The notes beneath the pieces are model-generated. The model ran no database searches, was not told where the DNA came from, and was given only the letters and a program-made list of their open reading frames with translations. Shown piece after piece: positions 50,024 to 58,619 of a DNA stretch of 64,000 nt; within the stretch, counting starts at the first letter, position 1, and the number at the start of each line of letters is the position of its first letter. Position numbers and translations under genes: made by a program. The stretch is from Vulcanimicrobiota bacterium. GTDB lineage: Bacteria; Vulcanimicrobiota; Xenobia; Xenobiales; JADMJV01. The DNA is taken from assembly GCA_050250895.1 (NCBI GenBank), contig JBFWNU010000003.1, positions 160,001 through 224,000 of the forward strand. The letters run 5' to 3'.

Positions 50024-50626
50024 TCACAGCAGACCCATGGCCAGGGCCCGGGTCACCACCTGGGTGCGATTGTCGGCTTCCAGCTTGGTCATCAGCGAAG
50101 ACACGTGGAACTTGATGGTGCGTTCGACCACCGAGAGGCGGGCTGCGATCTCTTTGTTAGAGAGCCCTTCGGCCAGAAGGTCGAGCACCTCACGCTCGCG
50201 CAGCGACAGGCTCGGTCCTCGGGCCAGGCGGGTGGCCACCCGACCGGCCAGGCGCGAGTCGAGAAAGCTGTCTCCCTGGGCCACCGCCCGCACGGCGGCC
50301 ACAATTTCGGCGCTGGCCACACCTTTGAGCAGATAGCCGCGAGCGCCGGCGCGCAAAGCTTCGAGAATCTCGTGGTCGCGGTCGTAGGCGGTCAGAATGA
50401 CCACCCCGGCTCGCTCGGCAAATTCGGGCACGACCGACAAACCCGAGCCGTCGGGCAACTCCAGGTCGAGCAACACCACCGCGGGACGAGCCTGGTCAAA
50501 GCGCAGGCGAGCCTCGGCCAGCGAGGCCACTCCGGCCACCACCTCGAGGTCGGCTTGATCACCCAGCACGGTGGCCAATCCATCGCGCACGATGGGATGG
50601 TCGTCGACCAGCATCACCCGAATCAC
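50024..50626 (-). CDS. NarL/LuxR family response regulator
   Basis: VDDHPIVRDGL, LLDLELPD, GYLLK, LSLREREVL..GLSNKEIA..TIKFHVS. Confidence 0.96.
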   Translation of the reverse strand: MIRVMLVDDHPIVRDGLATVLGDQADLEVVAGVASLAEARLRFDQARPAVVLLDLELPDGSGLSVVPEFAERAGVVILTAYDRDHEILEALRAGARGYLLKGVASAEIVAAVRAVAQGDSFLDSRLAGRVATRLARGPSLSLREREVLDLLAEGLSNKEIAARLSVVERTIKFHVSSLMTKLEADNRTQVVTRALAMGLL

Positions 50627-51663
50627 AGCCTCACCACCACCCGGGTTCCGTTTTGACGGCGGATTTCGAGGCTGCCGCCGAGCAATCGGGCCCGTTCACT
50701 CATCCCGATCAAGCCATAGCGACCCGGCTCGACCTGATCCAGGTCAAAGCCCCGGCCGTTGTCGGTGATCTCGAGGCCGTTGGGAGCCAGGCGAAGTTGC
50801 ACCCGGGTGGCCCCGGCGTGGCGCTCGACATTGACCAGAGCCTCGCCAGCGATGGCCAGCAACTCTTGCTCTTGCTGGGGGCTCCAACCGGCCGCCTGGC
50901 ACTCGAGATCCACCGGAATGCCGGTGCGGTGGGTGAAGGCGCGGGCCAGAGTGGCCAGGGCCTCGGGCAGGGGAAGCTCGCCGCGCAGGTTGGTCATCGA
51001 CTGGCGGGCGCGCTCGAGACCGCGGCGAGTCTGCTGTAGGGCTCGCTCGGTGCGCTCGCGAGCAAGTTCGGGGCGGGCCAGAGCCGACTCGAGTCCCAGG
51101 GCGATGGCGGTCAGGTCTTGCACCAGGCCGTCGTGCATCTCGCGAGCCAGGCGGGTGCGCTCGGTCTCGCGGGCGAGTCGCCGCTCGTCTTCGGCCAGGC
51201 GGGCCCGCTCGACCGCCACCCCCATCTGATGGGCGGCCACGGCCAGCAGGCTCAACTGGTGCTCATCCAGGTGGCGCCAGTCGCAGCTGGCGATGTTGAG
51301 CACACCGAGCTTGCGCCCGGCGAAGGCGAGCGTGAGCGAGGCATGGTGGCCGGCCGGCTCACCGGCCGCGGCCAGGCGGCTGCAGGGAATGACCTGGCCC
51401 CGGCTTGACAACTCGCCTTGCCGGTAGGCGTCGAGACAGCGGCAGCTCTTGCCGACCATGCGCACCGGCTCGCGCAACACTTCGGGCAGGCGGTGGGAGG
51501 CAGCCAGAAAGAAGCCGTCGCCTTCGGTCAGCCACACCCAGCCGGCCTCGAGCCCCAGCAGGTCGGCGGTTAGCGCCAGTGCGTCGGTCAGGGCTCGAGA
51601 GAGGTCGGGAGTGCGATTGAGCACTTCGGCGATCTGTTCGAGCAACTCGAGCTCTCGGGCCAT
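50623..51663 (-). CDS. GAF-domain sensor histidine kinase (HisKA_3)
   Basis: ERTRLAREMHD, EALVNVERHA, DNGRGF, GLIGMSERA; Cys-rich GAF (SCRC, PCSRL). Confidence 0.94.
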   Translation of the reverse strand: MARELELLEQIAEVLNRTPDLSRALTDALALTADLLGLEAGWVWLTEGDGFFLAASHRLPEVLREPVRMVGKSCRCLDAYRQGELSSRGQVIPCSRLAAAGEPAGHHASLTLAFAGRKLGVLNIASCDWRHLDEHQLSLLAVAAHQMGVAVERARLAEDERRLARETERTRLAREMHDGLVQDLTAIALGLESALARPELARERTERALQQTRRGLERARQSMTNLRGELPLPEALATLARAFTHRTGIPVDLECQAAGWSPQQEQELLAIAGEALVNVERHAGATRVQLRLAPNGLEITDNGRGFDLDQVEPGRYGLIGMSERARLLGGSLEIRRQNGTRVVVRL

Positions 51664-51665
51664 GG

Positions 51666-52505
51666 CTAGTGCTTGTAGGCCTTGACCCGGTCGATTCCGG
51701 CTTGCAGGTCGTCGTCAAGGTCAGAATAGGCGAGCAGCTTGGCGGGATAGAAGACGCCCGCGAATTCGGCCAGGGCGCGGGCGGCCAGATCGACCCCCTT
51801 TTCATGGGCGACTTGCAGCTTGTGCTTGAACTGCTCAGCCAGGCGACGTCTTTCGGCTCGCTCGGCCGCTGACTCCGTGGACCAGGCGATAGCCCGGTCG
51901 AGAAACTGGGGCAGGTCATCGAAGCTGCCCAGCGATAACCAGCGACTGGCCAGCAGCTCGCCTTGCAGATTGTAGAAGTTGAGTTGAGGAGCCCGGATTA
52001 CGAAGGGCTCCCACAGTTCGGGCCCGACCCGACGGCAGCGAAAGGCCGCGCTGGCCTTACGCCGAAAGTCGGGTCGTTCAAGTTCGCGCTCGGCTTCGGC
52101 CGGAAGTTTCTCGTCAGCAAAAAGCGCCATCACGGGCAGACCTTCTCCGGCATCCTCATTGTAGAGGGGCGGCTGACCGAGCAAGGGCTCGATGGCTTCC
52201 GTCGGTGGGGGATCAGGAATGGCCCGCAGGCGGGTCCGCTCGCTGGCTTTCAGACCGGCGAGGGGATCTACGGACTGCTCCATCAGCTGGCGGTATTCTT
52301 TCACCCAGCCAGGTGGCTCGACCTCGAACTCTTGCTCGGCGTAGGCACGGGACCATTCGGCCGGTTCGTCGTCGGCCTCCTCGAAGCACAGATGGAGCGA
52401 CAGTTGCCCCTCGGTGGTGAACTCGAGGGCGACCCCGGTGGGCCGGCCCTCGGTCTGGGCCACGATCCGTTCAACAAACTGCATCGTTTCGGCTAGCGAG
52501 GTCAC
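51666..52505 (-). CDS. Hypothetical protein
   Basis: 279-aa acidic ORF abutting the kinase start. Confidence 0.7.
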   Translation of the reverse strand: MTSLAETMQFVERIVAQTEGRPTGVALEFTTEGQLSLHLCFEEADDEPAEWSRAYAEQEFEVEPPGWVKEYRQLMEQSVDPLAGLKASERTRLRAIPDPPPTEAIEPLLGQPPLYNEDAGEGLPVMALFADEKLPAEAERELERPDFRRKASAAFRCRRVGPELWEPFVIRAPQLNFYNLQGELLASRWLSLGSFDDLPQFLDRAIAWSTESAAERAERRRLAEQFKHKLQVAHEKGVDLAARALAEFAGVFYPAKLLAYSDLDDDLQAGIDRVKAYKH

Positions 52506-52543
52506 AGAGGGATCTTCGCAGGCGGCGAGCTTGCGCCTCTTTG

Positions 52544-53740
52544 CTAGGACCGGCGGCGCAGAGTCAGGTGGCCGAAGGCGGCCGAGAACAGGCAGGCGAG
52601 GCCTCCGAGCACGATGGGCAGGCGTCCTCCGGTCAGGTCGCCGATCCAGCCAATCAGCGGTCCACCGATGACCTTGCTAGCGCCGATGATGACGGTTTGA
52701 ATCGAGAGCACCCGGCCGTGCATCGCAGGTTCGCTCTCGACCTGCACCAGGGCGGTCGTCGAAGTGATGTAGACGATATGAGCCAGGCCTACCACGAAGG
52801 CCGCGGCGGCCGCGCTGGCCACGCTTGGGGTGGCGGCCAGGATGAGCATGCTCACTCCGAAGGCGGTGGCTCCCCACAGGATCTGATTCATGCCCACCAG
52901 GTTGCGATAGGCGACCACCAGCGCGCCCACCACCGCACCCAGGCTGAAGACGGTGTAGAGCAGGGTGAAGACGGTGTCGGCGGTGTGCAAGCTGTCGGTC
53001 ACGAAGAGCGGCAGACTAACGCTGAAGTTATAGGCCATGACCCCGATGGCCAGCAACATCGCAAAGTTGACCCACAAGCGGGGATGGGCACCCAGGTAGC
53101 GCAGCCCTTCGAGCACGCTGCCTTCGGTCTTGTCGCTGGTCGGTCCCCGGTGGAGTTCCTCAGGGCGCATCATCCCCAGGCAGACCAGCACGGCCACATA
53201 GCTGGTGGCGTCGATGACGAAGCTCCAGCCAAATCCCACCGTGGTCACCAGCAACCCGGCCAGGGCCGGACCGAAAGCGCGCGACAGGTTGACGATCAGG
53301 CTGTAGAGCACGACCGCGTTGGGGATGTCCTCTTTGGGGACCATCTCGGTCACAAACGAGCGCCGCAGCGGATTGTCGAAGGCCAGTAGAGCGCCTCCCA
53401 CCAGGGTGAGGGCGTAAAGGGCGGCCAGCGGTGGTCGCGGCATGAAGGCCAGGGCGGCCAGGCCGAACGACTGCAGCATCTCGAGGGCCTGGGTCAGGAT
53501 GAGCAGATAGCGCTTGTCGACCCGGTCGGCAATGGCTCCGGCCCAGGCCGAGAGCACCAGCACTGGCCCGAACTCGCAGGCGGTCACCAGCCCCAAATGC
53601 AGGCCGCTGCCGGTGAGCTTGAGCACGAGCAGAACGAGAGCGACCCGGGTCAGCCAGTTGCCGGTGTTGGAGATAGACTGGCCGATGAAGAAGAGCCGAT
53701 AGTTCCGGCTGCGCAGGGATAGAAAGGTCTGCCTCAGCAT
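52544..53740 (-). CDS. MFS transporter (MFS_3/DHA3-like)
   Basis: RNYRLFFIGQSISNTGNW, GAIADRVDKR; about 12 TM. Confidence 0.93.
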   Translation of the reverse strand: MLRQTFLSLRSRNYRLFFIGQSISNTGNWLTRVALVLLVLKLTGSGLHLGLVTACEFGPVLVLSAWAGAIADRVDKRYLLILTQALEMLQSFGLAALAFMPRPPLAALYALTLVGGALLAFDNPLRRSFVTEMVPKEDIPNAVVLYSLIVNLSRAFGPALAGLLVTTVGFGWSFVIDATSYVAVLVCLGMMRPEELHRGPTSDKTEGSVLEGLRYLGAHPRLWVNFAMLLAIGVMAYNFSVSLPLFVTDSLHTADTVFTLLYTVFSLGAVVGALVVAYRNLVGMNQILWGATAFGVSMLILAATPSVASAAAAAFVVGLAHIVYITSTTALVQVESEPAMHGRVLSIQTVIIGASKVIGGPLIGWIGDLTGGRLPIVLGGLACLFSAAFGHLTLRRRS

Positions 53741-53815
53741 CGATGTTGGTTCAACCCACCGGGTTCGTGTGGTGTTCCCATAGTGGTAATATTTCTTGGT
53801 GTGTGCTAAGTTGGT

Positions 53816-54430
53816 GTGGTGGAATATGAAAGCTTACGCGCGTGTGCCCTGGCAGGTGCCCTTACCGAGGACGATTGGCGATCCATTCGCAGGCAGGCTC
53901 GCCAGGGTGACGTTGGGGCCGAGTTTCTCCTGGGCTTTGCCGACGTTTCGCCGAGAACGCGCCGCAAGTGGCTGACTCGGGCCGCCGACCACGGCCACGC
54001 CGAGGCCTTCTTTCTCTTGCATGGTGGCTATCCTATTCACAACGCGGGCGGCTGGCTCGAGCGCTCGGCCGAGCGAGGTTGCGCCGAGGCCCAATCCGCG
54101 CTCGGGTGCTATTACGCCTGGGAGCCGAATCGCGATGAGGTGAAAATGCGTTATTGGTATGGCCAGGCCGCTCTCCAGGGTGGTGGAGTGGCGATGTATG
54201 AATTTGGCTTTAGCCTGTTGCTGGGCGAAGGTGGGCCGGCCGACCCCGAGGGCGCGGTGGCCTGGCTCGAAAAGGCCGCCGCCACCGATGCTCACACGGC
54301 AGAAGAGGCGCGGGGCTTGTTGGGTGATGTGCTCAGCGACGGCCTTTACGGTGTCGCTCGCGACCCTGAGCGGGCGGAGTATTGGAGAGCCCCTCACTTC
54401 CGGCCGGAAGTGGTGAGCAAGTGGGGATAG
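53816..54430 (+). CDS. Sel1/TPR repeat protein
   Basis: WLTRAADHGHAEA, WLERSAERGCAEAQ, WYGQAALQG, WLEKAA. Confidence 0.88.
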   Translation: MVEYESLRACALAGALTEDDWRSIRRQARQGDVGAEFLLGFADVSPRTRRKWLTRAADHGHAEAFFLLHGGYPIHNAGGWLERSAERGCAEAQSALGCYYAWEPNRDEVKMRYWYGQAALQGGGVAMYEFGFSLLLGEGGPADPEGAVAWLEKAAATDAHTAEEARGLLGDVLSDGLYGVARDPERAEYWRAPHFRPEVVSKWG

Positions 54431-56209
54431 ACTCTGGCGAAAAGGCGGGCGGCTAGAACTTGCTCGAGGCTGAGATGGGGATGGGCGCGCTGAAACGATG
54501 GCCAGTCGCCCCGGACTTCCCTGTCCCACTGCACCACCTGGGCAACATCCGTGCCCCCTCAGTTCACCAGTCGGGGGCGGGGCGGGTTGTCGGAGAGCAC
54601 GATTCCCAGGCACGTTCCGGCCGGAAGTGCGACTCGCGGCGGGAGCGCCCCCCGGTCGTGCGGGGCCCTGGAGACAAGGCTCTAGTTATCGTACCAGGGA
54701 ACGTAGGGCTGGATGAGGGTCAGTTCTGCGATCACTCCTTTCTCTTCGCTCACGTGGAGTTCGAAAGGCCACACTTTGTAATACCCGTCATCGGCGGGGC
54801 CGAGGTGAGCTGAGATTCGCACGACCGGGTCGCCGAGCGCCGCGATGAGTTGACCATCCAGATACAGTCGCTGGCCGGTGATGCGCGGGTTGAAAGGGTG
54901 CCGATGCCACTCGGCCCCGGCGGCGTCAATTTCTTGCTCGGAGTTGGCTGGAGTGACTCCGTTGATGGTTAGCTCTCGACGGGGATATTCGACCATCGGC
55001 AGCCCGCGGGAAGTTCCGGCCGGAAGTCCAAAAAGTGAGATTTTACGCCATTTTCGCTTGTTGTTTGGGGTTGAAAAATGCTAAAATATTGGTATTCCCC
55101 CGAACCACTCCCTGGAGGTCCTATGTCTCTTTCCACGCTTGTTTCCAGCCTGCGTCAACTCGGCCCCGAGCTGCTGCATCAGTGCAACCAGGCCGTCCGC
55201 CACGAACTAGCTCGCAGCGAGTGGACCATGGCCGCCCACCTGCTGGCCACCGAACGGACCGGACTGCATCGCAAGAAGGGTTATGGCGACGTGCTCGGCT
55301 ATGCCGAGAAGTTGCTCGACCTGCCACGCTACAAGGCCTGCGAGTTGCTGCGGGTGGCGCGAGCGTTCGAGCTCATGCCTGACCTCTCCGAGGCCTTTCG
55401 CACGGGCGAAATCGGCTGGACCAAGGTGCGCGAGATCACGCGAGTGGCCACTCCCAAGACCGAAGCGACCTGGCTTGAACGGGCTCGCCAGCACGACGCC
55501 GACACAGTGGCCCGCATGGTCTCGGTGTCGCCCACCGAGTATAAGCGGGGCAAGGCGCTCGAAGCCGCACGAGAAGCTGGGCAGAGTGTGCCCGAGCAGG
55601 CAAACGCGCCCGAGGTGATCCCGCAGCTGATCAACCTGACGCTGCGGTTTACGCCCGAGCAGTATGCGGTCTTCGAACAGGCTATCAGCCTGGCCCGAGC
55701 CCGGGCGGGCAAGCGGCTCAGCCGAGAGGTCGCTCTGGTGGCTCTGTCAGAAGCGACCCTGGCGCAGGCCGACAGTCGCAGCCAGGTTAGACATCAGGTG
55801 CTGATCCAGCTCGATCCGTTGAGCGGCAAGGGTTTCTACGACACCGAACGCGGGCCACTGCCGGCCCCGCAGCGAGTGGTCGACGAGGCGCTGGCCTCGG
55901 GACCGGCCGTGGTCGAGGGTGAGCAACTTGAACCCCCGCTGCCGGTGAAAACCGGGCCTCGCCAGGCGATCCCGGTGAAGGAATACCGGGTGGTGTTCGC
56001 CCGGGCCCGGGGGCGGTGCGAGAATTGTGGGTGCAAAGGCGGACCGCTGCATGTCCACCATGTTCGCCCGCGCTCTCGGGGCGGTGGCAACCGGGCATGC
56101 GAATTGAGGTTGCTGTGTCCTGGTTGTCATCGGGCCAGTCACGACCACGACTTCGCCACCGACGCCGGCTGGCGGGCGGCCAGAGAGGCGGCCACTTCCG
56201 GCCGGAAGT
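54395..56209. repeat. Four dispersed copies of the palindrome TTCCGGCCGGAA around HNH-2
   Basis: CACTTCCGGCCGGAAGTG 54395-54412; 54615-54626; 55014-55025; ACTTCCGGCCGGAAGT 56194-56209. Confidence 0.92.
54682..54996 (-). CDS. Small hypothetical protein, possibly a 5'-truncated fragment
   Basis: 104 aa between palindromes 2 and 3; no RBS; palindrome 17 bp upstream of the ATG. Confidence 0.55.
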   Translation of the reverse strand: MVEYPRRELTINGVTPANSEQEIDAAGAEWHRHPFNPRITGQRLYLDGQLIAALGDPVVRISAHLGPADDGYYKVWPFELHVSEEKGVIAELTLIQPYVPWYDN

Positions 56210-56445
56210 CAGGGCCGGCCGCGCAGCAAGTGGAGGTCACCGAATTCGTGCCAGAGATAGCCATGCTCGATGGCGGAGGCGTAGTCGCGAGCCAGTCGCT
56301 CGCGGCCGGCTATGGCCTCGAGCATGGCCAGGTGGCTGGCTTTGGGCTCGTGAAAGCCGGTGAGCAGGTCGTCGACCACGGCCAGGGGGCGGTCGGGAGT
56401 GATGACCAGCTCGGTCCAGCCGCTCGGGGGGCCGGCGTGGGCTGA
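55123..56445 (+). CDS. DUF222-like HNH endonuclease (HNH-2)
   Basis: RBS GGAGG; GEIGWTKVREITRVATPKTEATWL; RARGRCENCGC..LHVHHVRPRSRGG..LLCPGCHRASH; last ~78 codons are antisense read-through of queA. Confidence 0.88.
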   Translation: MSLSTLVSSLRQLGPELLHQCNQAVRHELARSEWTMAAHLLATERTGLHRKKGYGDVLGYAEKLLDLPRYKACELLRVARAFELMPDLSEAFRTGEIGWTKVREITRVATPKTEATWLERARQHDADTVARMVSVSPTEYKRGKALEAAREAGQSVPEQANAPEVIPQLINLTLRFTPEQYAVFEQAISLARARAGKRLSREVALVALSEATLAQADSRSQVRHQVLIQLDPLSGKGFYDTERGPLPAPQRVVDEALASGPAVVEGEQLEPPLPVKTGPRQAIPVKEYRVVFARARGRCENCGCKGGPLHVHHVRPRSRGGGNRACELRLLCPGCHRASHDHDFATDAGWRAAREAATSGRKSGPAAQQVEVTEFVPEIAMLDGGGVVASQSLAAGYGLEHGQVAGFGLVKAGEQVVDHGQGAVGSDDQLGPAARGAGVG

Positions 56446-57117
56446 CTCGAGGGCTCGCACCACGGTGGTTCCGACCGCGATGACGCGGCGGGCTCGGCGG
56501 GCAGCCTGCAGGGTGCGTTCGGGGACGGAGTAGTATTCGGGATAGGGCGGCTCGGGGTTCTCGAGCGAAGACACGCCGGTGTGAAGGGTGATGGGGCTCA
56601 GGGCTACGCCCTTTAGCACCAGCCGGGCCAGCAAAGCGGGAGTGAAGGCGCGGCCGGCCGAGGGCATTTCGGCCGAGCCGGGATGGCGGGCGAAGACCGT
56701 CTGGTAGTAATCGAGGGGCCAGTCGCCTTCGAGGTAGGCGTAGCGAATGGGACGTCCCCAGCGGTGCAGGTAGTCCAGGTCGACGCCTACGCGGGCTAGC
56801 TGCAGGCGCTGCGAGCCGCGGTAGGGACCGAGCAGTTCGAGGGTGGTGTGGGGCAGGGAGTGGTCGGGGCCGCGGGGCTCGACCACCCACAGGTCGGGGG
56901 CCAGCTGGGCCGAGAAGTGGATCTGGCCGACCGCGGCCGGGAGGGTGGCCGAGTCGTTGTAGACGATCAGGTCGCCGGGTTCGAGCACCTCGGGTAGGTC
57001 GCGAAAGAGCAGATGGCGTCCGTCAGCTAGCAAGCGCACCTGGTCGCGAGCCAGGCCGCGGGCTTCGGGGGGCTGGCGGGCCTCGAGGCGGGTGGGCAGT
57101 TGGAAGTCGAGCGTCAT
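56209..57117 (-). CDS. queA: S-adenosylmethionine:tRNA ribosyltransferase-isomerase family protein (short QueA-like type)
   Basis: GDLIVYNDS, YQTVFARHPGSAEMPSAG, AVGTTVVRALES, LTGFHEP, HEFGD. Confidence 0.88.
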   Translation of the reverse strand: MTLDFQLPTRLEARQPPEARGLARDQVRLLADGRHLLFRDLPEVLEPGDLIVYNDSATLPAAVGQIHFSAQLAPDLWVVEPRGPDHSLPHTTLELLGPYRGSQRLQLARVGVDLDYLHRWGRPIRYAYLEGDWPLDYYQTVFARHPGSAEMPSAGRAFTPALLARLVLKGVALSPITLHTGVSSLENPEPPYPEYYSVPERTLQAARRARRVIAVGTTVVRALESAHAGPPSGWTELVITPDRPLAVVDDLLTGFHEPKASHLAMLEAIAGRERLARDYASAIEHGYLWHEFGDLHLLRGRP

Positions 57118-57794
57118 CGCAGCACCGCCTGAGCCTCGAGACGAAGTTGGTCGGGACGCTCGGTGATCAGCTGCAAGAAGAAGGGAGCCACGCTCTCGGG
57201 CGAGGGCAGGTGGGACAGGTCGACTCCGGGCTCGGCCTCTTGATGCATCTGGGTGTTCATGTCGCCCGGGTCGACCAGGTAGAAGCGCAGGCGTGGGTGC
57301 TCGGCTGCCAGGGTGCGGGTCAGATGCTCGAGGGCGGCTTTGCTTGCTCCGTAGCCGCCCCAGCCGGGGTAGGCGTTGACGGCCGCGTCCGAGGTCAGGT
57401 TGATGACCAGGGCCCCGTCGGGGAGAGCCTCGAGGAGGAGCTGGGTCAGGTGGAGAGGAGCTAGAAGGTTGACGCGCAGGACCTCTTCTAAACGCTGCCA
57501 GGGATAGTCGGCCAGGGCTGGCATGGGACTCGGGCCCACGGTGGATGCATTGTGGATGAGCACGTCCACGCGGCCGAGGCGGTCCTTGACCACGGCCGCG
57601 ATTTCTTCGGCCGATTGGCTGACGTCGGCGGCGACGGTGGTGACGGTGGGGCCCATGGCGCGGGCGGCCTCAGAGAGGGCGTCGCCGTGGCGGGCCACCA
57701 GCACCAGATTGGCTCCGCGTTCGGCCAGCAGACGGGCGACGGCCAGACCCAGGCCGCGGGATGCTCCGGTTATTACGACATTCAGATTGTTCAT
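57114..57794 (-). CDS. SDR family oxidoreductase
   Basis: ITGASRGLG, YGASK, DPGDMNT; ATGA overlap with queA. Confidence 0.94.
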   Translation of the reverse strand: MNNLNVVITGASRGLGLAVARLLAERGANLVLVARHGDALSEAARAMGPTVTTVAADVSQSAEEIAAVVKDRLGRVDVLIHNASTVGPSPMPALADYPWQRLEEVLRVNLLAPLHLTQLLLEALPDGALVINLTSDAAVNAYPGWGGYGASKAALEHLTRTLAAEHPRLRFYLVDPGDMNTQMHQEAEPGVDLSHLPSPESVAPFFLQLITERPDQLRLEAQAVLR

Positions 57795-57920
57795 GATTCA
57801 CCTCTTTCATCCCCATCGTGCCAGCTGTGGCCGAGCTGGACTTCGGCCCGAGGGGAAGGGAAGAACCTGTCCTTTGGATCAGGTGAGAGGTCGGGGCGGT
57901 CCGGGGAGGAAGCTCTTCAG

Positions 57921-58619
57921 ATGAGAGAACCGCTCTTGGACATCGTGGGGCTCTTGTTGGCCCCGATGCTGGTTCCGCAGGCTCTCTGTGTGCGCTCTAC
58001 CATCGAGGTCTTGCCCGAGCCGCCCGGACCGCGTTTTGGCAGAGTAGGGGAGGGTCCCGAGCTGCGCCTCTTGGTGCTCGGCGACTCGGCCGCCGCCGGG
58101 GTGGGGGCGGCTCACCAGGACGAGGCCTTGCTGGGCCAGTTGCTGAGTCGTTTGCAGGGCCGCTATACGGTGGATTATCGCCTGCTGGCCGTGAGCGGAG
58201 CGACCACTATCGACCTGAGCGAATGGCTGCTGCGCGAGCGCCCCTGGCCGGCCGACCTGGTGGTGACCTCGCTGGGAGTCAACGAGGTGACTCGGGGCCG
58301 TCGGCTCAAGACCTGGTCCAGCCGGCAGCGGACTCTGGTCGAATTGTTACGGCGGCAGTTCTCGGCCCGCCACATCGTGCTGTCGTCGGTGCCCCCGATG
58401 GGCGACTTCGTGGGCATCCCCCAGCCCCTTCGTTGGTATCTCGGCCAGCGGGCCCGGCTGCTGGACCAGGCGCTCAAGGAGCTGCCGCACTGCCAGGTGG
58501 TGGGGGTCGACGGATGCCTTTCGCCCATGCTGGCCAAAGACGGTTTTCACCCTGGCCCGGACATCTATCGTGCCTGGGCCGAGCGCATCCTCACCCAGAC
58601 AGGAGAACTCCTATGTTAG
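57921..58619 (+). CDS. SGNH/GDSL hydrolase
   Basis: LGDSAAAG, SLGVN, DGFHP. Confidence 0.92.
   Translation: MREPLLDIVGLLLAPMLVPQALCVRSTIEVLPEPPGPRFGRVGEGPELRLLVLGDSAAAGVGAAHQDEALLGQLLSRLQGRYTVDYRLLAVSGATTIDLSEWLLRERPWPADLVVTSLGVNEVTRGRRLKTWSSRQRTLVELLRRQFSARHIVLSSVPPMGDFVGIPQPLRWYLGQRARLLDQALKELPHCQVVGVDGCLSPMLAKDGFHPGPDIYRAWAERILTQTGELLC

Noticed and set aside
54395-55025. Palindrome array as CRISPR or integron attC array
   Set aside because: Spacing of 200-1170 bp is irregular, repeats are only 12-18 bp, there are no attC RYYYAAC/GTTRRRY boxes, and no cas or intI gene
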